DNA from: Vicugna vicugna
Lineage: Eukaryota
NCBI GenBank assembly: GCA_013265495.1
Contig: MU058226.1
Span: 84,741-146,740, forward strand
DNA: 62,000 nt
Direction: 5' to 3'
Below, one piece after another: positions 43,001 to 55,000 of this stretch; positions within the stretch are counted from its first letter, which is position 1; each line of letters begins with the position of its first letter. The notes beneath the pieces are model-generated. The model saw only the letters and a program-made list of their open reading frames with translations. It searched no databases and was not told the DNA's origin. A program made the position numbers and the translations under genes.

Positions 43001-46000
43001 GGCCCCGCCACGCCTGGGCAAGCTATCAGTGACTGACGTGACCTCCAGCTCCCTACTTCTGCACTGGACTGTCCCTGAGGGCGAGTTCGACTCCTTCATG
43101 ATCCAGTATAAGGACAGGGACGGGCCCCAGGTGGTGCCAGTGGAGGGGCCCCAGCGCTCAGCCCTCATCTCCAACCTGGATGTCGGTCGCAAGTATAAAT
43201 TTGTCCTGTATGGGCTCGTGGGCAAGAGGAAGCACGGCCCCCTGGTGACTGAAGCCAAGATCTGTAAGTGAGGGTGGTCACACACCCCTGCCCCTGCCCT
43301 CTGCATGGTCCTGAAGAGGGTCTGCCCAGTGCTTTGGGAATTCCAGGAAGGGTTCCTGGAGGCGGTGGTGCCTGAGATGAATCCTGAAGGAAAAATTGTG
43401 GTGGGTTAGGCAGGAAGGTTGAGGAGGGCAGTGCAAACAGAAGGAGCAGTGGAGAGCAAGGAGTGAGAGTGGCCCTGAAAGAGAATCAAAGTCTCTTCCC
43501 TCTGGGTGGGGGCAGGGCCCCGGCAGGCTGACGGGTCTTCTAATCTCATGTGTCTGACTAAGGCACTCGGTCCTCATCTGAGGACCCTAGGGGAACGCTG
43601 AAGGGCTTGAAGTGGGAGAGTGACCTGATTCAATATTTATCCTACAAGTAACTCAGAGGCTGCTGCAGAGGATAGCTGGAGAAGTGAGTTAAAAACCGGC
43701 AAGAAATGATGGTCGCCTAGCTGGGATGGTGACAGTGAGGCTGGATGTGCGAGGTGAAGGAAACTGAGGAGGCCCAGGCACCCCTACCTTTCTGGGTCAG
43801 ACTGTCCCCCCATTCCCTGAGGCAGGGAACAGCTGATGTGAGGAACAATGCAGCATGGGACACTTAGTTAAAACATCCGAGCATCTGTGAAGTGTCAGAT
43901 GTGTTCAAGATGTTCCAGGTGTATCATCACACTTAGTCCTTAGAAGCAGCCCTGTGAGACATGCTCACTTTATAGATGAGGAGAATCGAGGCCCAGAGAG
44001 GAAAGGTCAGACAAGCAGCAAGTAATGCAGCCCTCAGGGGCCTGGGGAGCAGAAAAAAAGGCCTGAAGAGGGGGTATGGGTGTCCCAGCGGACAGAAGCC
44101 AGGGTAAGGCAGGGGACAGTGGGGGAGAGAGGGCCACTGGAACCCTGGAGACGGCGAATATTCACGGCATGAGCAGAGAAAGAGGAGCCTCAGGACAGCC
44201 TGAGGGGTGGTGTGGGGAGGACGCCAAAATGCAGGGTGCGGTCAGACATGTCAGATTCCCCAAGTGTGATTCAGGGCTACAGTGTCCACAGGACTTTGCA
44301 ATGGCGAGGTCACCACTGACCCTGGTGAGAGCTGCTGGTGGCGGGTGGAGCTGGGCTGGGAGAGTGATTGAGGTGAGGACATGACTACAAACAGTATAGA
44401 TGTCTCTTTCTGGAATCTGGGCTGGAAAGAGAGAGCAAAGAGGGAGGGTGGAGGCTGGAGGGCATTACAGCCGAGTGGAGGAGCTTGTGTAAATGCTGAT
44501 GGCACAGCGGAGGGATTGAGGGTGGGAGAGGAGGAAGTGGGGCTCAGAGCACAGGTGTGGGAGACTCTCCCACATTAAAATGCTCCAAGAATTGAGCATC
44601 CCTCTTTTGGAGGAAAAACCAGCTAGTTGTTAGGCTTGGAAGCAGTAGAGGCTGTCTTGGAAGATGTCCCTGGCTATGGAGACGTGGAAGGGGCTGGCTG
44701 GACTCCCTTCTCTCTGAAGCCCCTCCCTACACTGCGGAATGAGTCAGGGTCACACTAGTTCATGCAGTGCTTTTGTGCCACTTCAAAGAAGGCACCCCTT
44801 TTTCTAGGTTAGCGTAGCCCCCTGCCCACATACACAGCTTGGCAAGCACAGTGTTAGTTGGATTTCAGTCCTCAGTGCACCATCAGCCATGGTCCTTTGT
44901 GCAGTGAACAGCCTGCACAACCACACACAGCATCCCCATGTGGGAGATGGATTCCCCCTTCTCCTTTGACCTGTGTCCCTCCCTTCTCTCTACCTCCTCT
45001 TTCTAGTGGCTCAGACTGATCCCAGCCCAGGAACTCCACCCCGCCTGGGGATGCTGTGGGTGACAGATCCCACCCCAGACTCACTGCACCTCTCCTGGAC
45101 TGTCCCTGAAGGGCAGTTTGACTCCTTCGTGGTCCAATACAGGGACAGGGATGGACGACCCCAGGTGGTGCCCGTGGAAGGGCCTGAGCGCTCAGTTGTT
45201 GTCTCCCCGCTGGACCCTGACCACAAGTACAGATTCACTCTGTTTGGGATTGCCAACAGGAAGCGGCATGGCCCCCTCACAGCCGACGGCACCACTGGTG
45301 AGTGGCAGCCACCTAAGCCCCCATATGACCGCTCCCAGTCTTCCCCACCTTTGCCCTCAGCCATGGACCAGCTGGGGCCTCCCAGCGAGACGACTGACTC
45401 TGAATCCTGGCCCCGCATTTGGGCTCAGGGCCAGCCAGCCTCCTCCGCACTGCTGGGCCCCTTTCATCCTGTTCAGCTGCTCCCCAAGGCCCAGAAGGTG
45501 TGTCATACCCTGGCCTGTGCCAGATGACGCAGGAGTTCAGCGCTCATGCTAGTGGAATAGAGACCCCCTAGGTGTGACAGCTTGTCGAAATCCCAAGCCC
45601 CAACCCCAGGCTGCCAGTTCAGCCCTGCCTATTTCCTCTTATTTGCAGCCCCAGAGAAGAGAGAGGAGCCTCTCCACCCAGAGTCCCCCCAGCAGCCCCT
45701 GCTGGGAGAGCTGGCGGTGACTGGTGCCACCCCAGACTCCCTGCACCTGTCCTGGACGGTGGCCCAGGGCTCTTTCGACTCCTTCACAGTCCAGTACAAG
45801 GATGCGCAGGGGCGGCCCCAAGTGGTACCCGTCAGGGGGGATGAGAATGAGGTCACCATCCCTGGCCTGGAGTCGGACCGGAAGTATAAGATGAACCTCT
45901 ATGGGCTTCATGGCAGGCAGCGTGTGGGGCCAGTGTCTGTGGCGGCCACCACAGGTGAGTCAGAGCCACACAGGCCTCCCTCCCCTGCCAACCCCCAACC

Positions 46001-49000
46001 CTCTGAGCGGGACCTTTGCACCTCCCACCACCTTCTCTTTCTCAGCTCCAACTCTGCCAAGGCCTCCACCATCCAACTCCCCACATCCCAGGACTTCTCC
46101 TCCAGCCTCCAGCCCCTAACCTCTTGGCCCTGCTTCTCCACTCCACTAACAGGCCCCGTTTCTCCCATTCTGAGCCCTGGGAATCATGCCTCTGCCCCGG
46201 GCTGTCTCCCCATAGATGTTCTCAGCCACTGTGTTCTTTCCCCGCGGTCTTTGCTGGCCTTCGTCCCCTAGCTCAGGCCATGGTCACCTCTGAGCTTCTG
46301 TTGCCTGCTGCCCACACCCTCCCACCATTACTGCTCTGCTCAGAGCTGGCGAGTCCAAGGGACGTGAGCTCCACGTCTCCCCAGCCTCCTCCTGGCCTCC
46401 TGACTCCCCGACTCCCTGCCAACTTGGAGCAGGGCAAAGGGCTCACTTTCAGCCCCGGTCCCTGCGTTCCTCCAGGGCTCAGCCTCCCCTGGCCAGCGCC
46501 ATTTCTGTGGCTGTGCAGCATCGTGGTTGGGAGCATGGGCTCTGGAGCCAACTGCCCAGATTTTCATTGTAACTCTGAGATCTTATGCAAATGACTAAAC
46601 CTCTCTGGGCCTCAGCTTTCTCATCTGTCAAATGAGGTTAATAATAGTAACTGCTTCACAGAGTTCTTGGAGTTAAATGAGTTAATATACATATGCACTT
46701 AAGCCAGTGCCTGGCACGTCAAAACAGCTATTGGAGAGTGAGCTGCTATTTTGCCCTGACTCTCTCACTTCCCAGTACCCTTTTCTCCTCACCTCCTCAC
46801 CTTCCCCATCCTGTCCGAGTTATCATTCTTGCCTGCTACCTCCTCAACCTCCTGTCCCCTAAGCAGTCCCCCGTGCACTGGGGAGTGGGTCACCGAAGGG
46901 CTGGCTTCCCTCGTGCCAGTCTCCCCACCCCATGAAGAGCCTCAGCAAAGACCTAGCTGCTTCGGGTGGTGGGTAGATGCCCTCTGGGCTGTGATTTGAG
47001 CCCCAGCCAGGGAAGAGCCTAGCCCACCCCAGCCCCCACCCCCATCCCCAGATCTTTCTCCCAGTCTTGTCTAAAGTGGAGGGAGGGTCAGGGCTGCCTT
47101 GGGAGGCCTGAGTCAGAGCCCGTCCCATCTCCTGACCTGTTAAGTGGGGTGGGGGCAGCTGGAAAGCCTGGGGGAGTGGCAGGAGCTGAAAGGGAGAAAC
47201 ACAGGTGGGAAGGGGCCTCAGTTCTCCCTCAAGAGCTGTCCATGAACACAGAACGTAATTCCTCAGTCTCCTCACTTCCATCTCACCTCCTTTCTCAGAC
47301 ATGAGGGGAGACCGCTGCCCCACAGAACCCACAGTGGAATCCGGCCAGCTGTACATGATGGGCTTTAGGGGCCTGTCTCAGCCCCGTCTCCTCTGATGAG
47401 TTGCTGAGTGGCTAATACAAAGTCTACAAGAACCCCTAAGTCTACAGCTTGAAGAGTATTATTTGCTGGCTGAACTTTATTATAAATAGTCATGATTAAT
47501 GTCACCAGAAAAGCCTGTCACCTGTAAAGCCTGATCTCTTCTCTCAGCCCTCCAGGAAATTGTGGATGAGACCCCCAGCCCTGCAGAGGTGGAGGAGACC
47601 CCCAGCCCCACAGAGCCCAGCACAGAGGCCCCGGAGCCCCCTGAGGAGCCCCTCCTGGGGGAGCTGACAGTGACTGGATCCTCCCCAGACTCGCTTAGCC
47701 TCTCCTGGACCGTCCCTCAGGGCCACTTTGATTCCTTCACCGTCCAGCACAGAGACAGGGATGGGCAGCCCAAGGTGATGCGGGTGCCGGGGCACGAGGA
47801 CGGGGTCACCGTTTTGGGCCTGGAGCCGGACCACAAGTACAAGATGAACCTGTACGGCTTCCACAATGGCCAGCGCCTGGGCCCTGTCTCTGTCATCGGG
47901 GTGACAAGTGAGTGGAAAGTGGAAGCCCCACCCTCTCTCAGGTGGAGGGTGAGTGGGGTGAGGAGGCCTCTCTGCTCGAGGCTGAGCCATGGTGCCCTTT
48001 GTGCCCCCTCCGCCCTCCCTGAGGACCAGTGGATCGTCCTGGGCAGAGAAAGACCTCTGTGAGCTGTGCTGGTGGCCTCCCTGGTCCCCACAGCTGACCC
48101 CAGAGGCTCTGGGCATGTCTGTGAGATGTCAGCTGAGCAGGACCACCTGCCCCAAGGACGGGCTTCTCTGAACTGACCTCGGGGTCCCCAGTCAGGGACA
48201 AGGCTTGGGAGGAGACCCAAGGACATCTGGCAGGGCCCCTGCCTCACCCTCTGTGTCTCCTTCTCAGCTGCAGAGGAAGAGACCCCCAGCCCCACAGAGA
48301 TGGAGGAGACGCCCAGCCCCACCGAGCCCAGCACGGAGGCCCCAGAGCCCCCCGAGGAGCCCCTCCTGGGGGAGCTGACGGTGACCGGATCCTCCCCAGA
48401 CTCGCTCAGCCTCTCCTGGACCGTCCCCCAGGGCCACTTCGACTCCTTCACCGTCCAGTACAAGGGCAGGGACGGGCCCCAGGTGGTGCGTGTCGGGGGC
48501 GAGGAGAGCGAGGTGACCGTTGGGGGCCTGGAGCCCGGGCGCAAGTACAAGATGCACCTGTACGGCCTGCACGGGGGGCGGCGCGTGGGCCCCGTGTCCA
48601 CCGTGGGTGTGACAGGTGAGTGAGGACGGGGTCTTGTTTGTTTTCCTCCGGCCAGTGGCCCCCAGCCTCCATGTGGCGATTGCCCCCGCTTGCTGAACCA
48701 CGTGCCTGGGGAAGACCTAGAAAGAACAGGTCACTGTGGACTGGGCTACAACCAGCTGCATGACCTTGAGCAAGTTTTAAACTTTCTAGGCCTGTTTCCT
48801 CATCTGTAAAATGGGGATTTTAACGCCTGCCTCACAAAACTGTTGTGAGAATAAATGAGTTGAGACATACAAATGGGCCTGGCACAGAGTAGACGTGCTG
48901 TCAGTGTTGGCCACTATGATCACTGTATTTGTCCCGACTCTGGGGTCTGCTCTGTTCCCTTTGGCTGGTTTGGTTTCTTAGATGGTCAGAATGTGCATGA

Positions 49001-52000
49001 AACATTGGCCTCTCACCAGTGCAGCTGGAGACTTTCTTACTATTCATCCAGTGAGTGACTACAACAAGGAGGAATGTCGCCTCCGCCAGGGTATAGGGCC
49101 ACTCAACTACCAGAGAGGACCCAGCCAGGGCACCTGCTTTCCAGAGCCCCAGCGTCTGGGGCTGGATCCCAGGCAGGCCTCTGGGACCCTCCTGCTGACC
49201 TGCCCAGCTTGGTCCCAACAAAGGGCATCTCTTTTCACCTTTGTTCGCTGAAACAAAGACACAGCTTTTTCAAAAACAACTTTTACTGGGGATATGGGAG
49301 GTGGGTATAGCTCAGTGGTACAGCATGTATTTGGCATGCCTGAGGTCCTGAGTTCATCCCTGTGCCTCCATTAAGTGGGGGGAAAAAGAAAGAAAATCAA
49401 AAACAACTTTACTATAAAGGAAGAGATTTTAAAAAGCAGAGAAACAGATAGGTTTCCAGAGCCCGGCTTCTGTGCTGCCACAGAGCCCAGCCTCACAGGG
49501 ACTTGGTTGGCTTAGCTTCCAGAACTTTTACTCCCGATTTCTTTTCTTTCTTCAGTCAGCACAGAGTAGGGAGGCGCAAAGCCTCCCTGAGTTCCTGTCC
49601 TGCCGGCCCAAGTAGCAGGGTGGAGCTCGTGCCGGGCCCAGAACATGTGGCTGAGGTTTCTCCTGGGGTGACCCTTTGTCCGTCTGTCTGTCCTGGGCGG
49701 CCACACTGGTCCCCGGTAAGGATGGGCTGTGTCGAGCTCTGGCTGAGGCGGTGCAGTAGAGGAAAACTGATTCTTGGAATCAGACCACCTGAGTTACAGT
49801 CCCGGCTTCCCACGTTCTTAGCCGTGTGACCAGGCGTGGTGCTTGCTTCCAGGGCAGGTCAGTGACGGGCAGCAGGAGCCCGCTGAGCTGACCTGAAACA
49901 CGGCACGTGCTGAACCATTGCCAGGAGGAGAACGAGCAGGCAGCTTTAGAAACATTTCTGAATTAGGAAAGGATTATGCCAGATGCAGCAGGGATACGGC
50001 CATGCTTATGGCCCAGTTCAGCCAAACCACCAGCAGTAAGGCTTGATGGCAAGGGACAGTTTCTCACTCTCAGGGAAAGAAGTACAGACAGGGCAAGAAC
50101 AAGCAGGAGATGGATGCTCCAGGAAGGAACAGAGCTTGAAGGCAAATGAAATACAGTGCCTGACCTGGGACCTGTACCCGGTGGAAGTTCAGTAGCTGGT
50201 GGTCACTCCCGCCCACCTTCAGCTGCCTCCATCCCTGCCCTCCCCACTCAGACTTATGTCTGTCCTCCTCAGGCCTGGTCACCAGCCTGTTTTTAAAGCA
50301 GGTTTTATCTGTATGGAACCTAGCCTTGTCCTCCCAAAGGAGCCAGAGAAACACGCTCTTGGGAACCCCACCCACCCAGCCACCCCTCTGCCAGTTGCCT
50401 CTGGGGACCACCTTCCAGGCTGCATCACTAATGAGAAGGGCATCCCAGACTCAGCTCCTCCTGGAGCAGTGGGGACCAGCAGGTCCTGAGCTCGGCCTTT
50501 CCCAGCACACACAGACCACTCATTCATTAACTTAACAAACATTTGTGGAGCCCCCACCGGGTGCCCGTGCTGGAGACACAGCACTGAACAAGGCAAAACT
50601 CCTGCCGGGAGCCAGATTCTAACAGAGAGAGACAGGCTCCAAAGTGTACAAATACATCAGTGATGGCGATGAGAGCTGAGGAGAAAAGCAGAGCCCAGTA
50701 GGTGAGATGGTGTGTGGGCAGGAAGGGGGTGGGAGGGGCCTCGCTGAGGAAGGACCTACAGGAGGGAGAGGACAAGCCCCTAGGCCTGTTGGGGAGAGCA
50801 TCCTGGACAGAGGGAAAGAGACTGAATGTCTGTGGACCAGCGAGGAATGTTTTAGAATGGGGAGGGTGACGTGAGGGACAAACAACTGGGGCCTCGGAGT
50901 GATAGTAAGGGCTTGGATTTTGCTCTGAGTGAGAGTGGAAGCTGTTGCGGGAACGGGCTCTGACTAATGCCTTAATGGTAGGAAACAGAGTGAAGTGGGA
51001 ACGGGGAGGAGGGCGAGGATTTAGGAGCTGGTACTATAGTCCAGTAAGAGCCCGTGATACTTGGTGATGGTGACAGTGGAGCTAGGGAGGGAGGGTAAGC
51101 TTCTGAAGGCAGTGACAACAGGACTTACTCGCAGGTTGGAGGTGGGGTGTAAGGGAACTCAGGGAGGACTCAGGGATGACTCCGAGAATGGAGTTGTGGT
51201 TTTGCCTAGATGGGAAGGTTCTGGAGGGAGCATGTGTGGAGGGAGCCCCTGAATTCACTTTTGGACTTGCTGCATTTGAGACATCAATTAGGCACCCAAG
51301 GAAGATGCTGAGCAAACACAAGTCCGGGGGTCAGGAGGTCTGGATGGGAGGACTTGGAGCCGGTGATGTACAGATGCCACTTCAGCCACTTCCCCAGGGT
51401 CTTGGTGTGGCTGACACCCCTCCCCCCAAGCCCCGCCCAGATCCTGGCAGGGACTTGGTGAAGGGTTGTTGGCCAGACAGATGTTGCCAATCAGTGTAGT
51501 CTTACATCAGAACCACCCCGTGGGCACCACAAAAACAACTGACATAATTACTACCAAGGGGAAGAGGGGCTTTTCCTAACAGCCTCCGCCATTTCTGTCT
51601 CAGCTCCACAACCAGAAGAGACTCCTCCAGCCACCGAGCCCCCGCTGGAGCCGCGCCTGGGGGAGCTGACAGTGACAGATGTGACCCCCAACTCCGTGGG
51701 CCTTGCATGGACTGTCCCTGAGGGCCAGTTTGACTCCTTCGTGGTGCAGTACAAGGACAGGGACGGGCAGCCCCAGGCAGTGCCTGTGGCCGCCGACCAG
51801 CGTGAGGTCACCGTCCCAGGCCTGGAACCAGCACGCAAATACAAGATGAACTTCTACGGGCTGCATGGTGGGCAGCGCGTGGGCCCCCTTGCCGTGGTAG
51901 CCGTGACGGGTGAGTGAGGACGCATAAAGGTAGTTCCCATCCCCCAGCCTCCCTCTGAGGTCCTGCCTCAGTGGCCCCACAGGTCCTTTCCCAAGTCACA

Positions 52001-55000
52001 GGCATCTTAGTCTGTTCCCTGACCCCTCTGCTCCTGGAACCTTGCCTTCCAGTCTCCATCTCCACTCCGCCTCCTCCCCCAGGCAGGATTGTCCTCCTTC
52101 CATCTGACCTAAATCCAGCCAGACTATCTGATTGCCCACAGCTGTTTCCTTCCCTCTTTACAACCCTGCTGTGACTTGGACCCAGTTACCACCTCCCCCT
52201 GCTGCCCCTTTTTGTTGGGGTTAAACAGCACACATCCCTTGACTCTCTTCTCAGGGGCCCTCAGCCCCCTGGCCTGAGCAGTGTTCCCTTCTGGCCGACC
52301 CAGAGTATTCCTCCCTCAGAGAAGCAGCCTTGCTCTTGGCTCCCAGCTTCTTCCCACCCCTCCTGTTTCCTGGGCTCAGGCTGCCACCATTTTTGTGCCA
52401 TGGTGTCTGGTGAAATGAACAAACCCCTTTCAGAGCAATGTTTCTAAATCTATAAAATAAAATGCATAGGATTGCAAAAGAAACCAATTATCCTGACAGC
52501 CAATGATCTAAATATTTTAAAATTCAAATTTATGATTTAGTAATACAGGAACTTTTTCATTAGTTCATTAAATGGCAAGAACTTAGTGGCGTGTGTAATA
52601 ACCTGCTCACGTTTAGGAGCAGTGCTAAGTGTAGCAGTACTTCTAAGCGTCTGCAATAATGCTAAGGTGATGTGAAATCATCGGCAATTCCCACTGGGGA
52701 GAGTCACAGGCTCTGCTAGTACCACCGTGGTTGGCTTCCTATAGTCATCATTGAAGGAAAGGCTACATTTCACTTAGGGCAGTGGAAATAGAGATGTAAC
52801 TGTTTCCTATCTGAGTTCAAGGCCAGGAGCCCTGCAACAGGGGAGTTCTCCCGCCGGAGTTCAGCCATGTTCTTTGTCTTCCTGGATCCTAGCTCCCCTC
52901 CCTCCAGCTCCAGCCACAGAGCACCCCCTGGAGCCACGCCTGGGGGAGCTGACAGTGACTGACGTGACCCCGGACTCTGTGGGCCTCTCCTGGACCATCC
53001 CTGAGGGCAAATTCGACTCCTTCGTGGTCCAGTACAAGGACAGGGACGGGCAGCCCCAGGTGGTGCCTGTGGCTTCAGACCAGCGTGAGGTCACCGTCCC
53101 CGGCCTGGAGCCCAGTAGGAAGTACAAGTTCCTGCTCTTTGGGATTCTGGATGGGAAACGCCACAGCTCAGTCTCTGTGGAGGCAAAGACAGGTGAGCAG
53201 GACCCCCCCAGGAAGCCGATCCTGAGGCCCCTGCCTTGCCCACCCCAACACCGCCCCATCTTCTCGCCCTTCCTCCAGGGCTCCCCTCCGTCCACCTCTT
53301 CTGTTTCATTTGAAAAGCCACTCTGCCTGCCCCAACCCAGGCAGATGAGAACCAGGAAAAGGGGCCAGTTACTGAATTAGTTCCCCTTGCTGACTTTTCC
53401 TCTCTTCTCATAATTCCTGCTTCCACTGAACGGGGGAGGCTCCTTCATACCCCTTCCTGAAAGGTGGAATATGAGAAACAGGAGGGGCTGGGAAGCAGGG
53501 GAGGGAGCCAGGAGCTGTGGTGGGTCCTCAGCCCCATGTAGCCATCACCTCCTGAGAGTTCTTCCCTCTGACTCTCACTAGTCATTGGGTGAGGTACCTT
53601 GGCTCCCACATCAGCCTCCCCCAGAGGACCCGTTTCCTCTTCTGCCCTCTTCCTTGAGCCTCAGAAACTGGAGACCACAGGAATCCAAGGCTGGCTACCC
53701 AGCCTGGTCTGGCCGGGCCCAGCCAAGTGCACCCCTTTCCTGGATATTAGTCCAGGCCCTCCCCTGTCCCTGGGGGCTCCCTGTTGCCAGAAAACTCTCA
53801 CAATAACAATGCCGTCAGCGTCCTTGCTGTCCAGGAAGGCAGAAGGCCAGCTCCTTCTCAGGCCTCTGGATGACTTCTTGGGCAGACACCAGGTCCTTCC
53901 CGTCTGGGCTCCCCTTCTTCTCCCTGTCCCCCTCACATGTAGGCAGCCACCGCTCCTACGCTAGGTCCTGTGAGGGTCCCTACATCATAATATCCTACCT
54001 CCCCACCTGCTATCTGCCCCCATCAGGGATCCTGTGCCCCCTCTGACGTATCCAGGACCTTCGGATTTCCCCAGGGGTCAGTCAAATCACAAAGAGTGGG
54101 CTCGTTGGAAATAAACAAACCACGTCTATGATAAGCTGCACCCTGTGGGGGAAATAGTCTCTAATAGGTGGTTAGAGGCTGGACAGCAAGAGGGATAAGA
54201 TAAACAGGAAGCTAGGGAATCTCTTCTCCCAGAGATGTCTGAGGACAGAAGACCCCTCCCTGCGCTGGTTCAGTGGACAGAGCATGGCCAGTTGGGGATG
54301 GTGGCGGGCATGGGAGGGTGATGGAAATATTTGGGGGAAGCACTGATCATTTGGGAAGCTCTGGGTTTTTCCAACTCCAGCGGGAGGCAGTCAAGGAGTC
54401 ATTTTGGAAAAAAAATAAACACAAGAACCTTTCCTCTCTGTCAGCTGCCCGAGGTGACGCCAGCCTAGGAGCCCCACCCCGCCTTGGGGAGCTGTGGGTG
54501 ACAGACCCCACCCCAGACTCGCTGCGCCTCTCCTGGACAGTCCCTGAAGGCCACTTCGACTCCTTTGTGGTCCAGTTCAAGGACAGGGATGGGCCCCAGG
54601 TGGTGCCTGTGGAGGGCCATGAGCGCTCGGTCACCGTGGCCCCACTGGACGCCAACCGCAAGTACAAGTTCCTCCTCTACGGCCTCCTGGGCAAGAAGCG
54701 CCACGGCCCCCTCAGCGCCGAGGGCACCACAGGTGAGGGAAGCCCCTGCAGGGGCATCTCTGCCCCAGAGCCCCCCAGCGGAAGGTCACCTGTGGTCACT
54801 GTGGTGGTTGCCATCACGGTAGTTGTCTGGCTCCTGCCATTCTGTCTGGGCTCCAGCATCCCTTCTCCTTGGATGAGCCCAAAGCACCAGCCCTGTGGGA
54901 TTCAGCCACGGGACAGCCCTGTCTTTATACCTCTCAATCCTGCCCTTTGAAGTCACCCGGCCTTCTGGAAACAGCTCACCCATTTCCTCTCTGTGATTCC

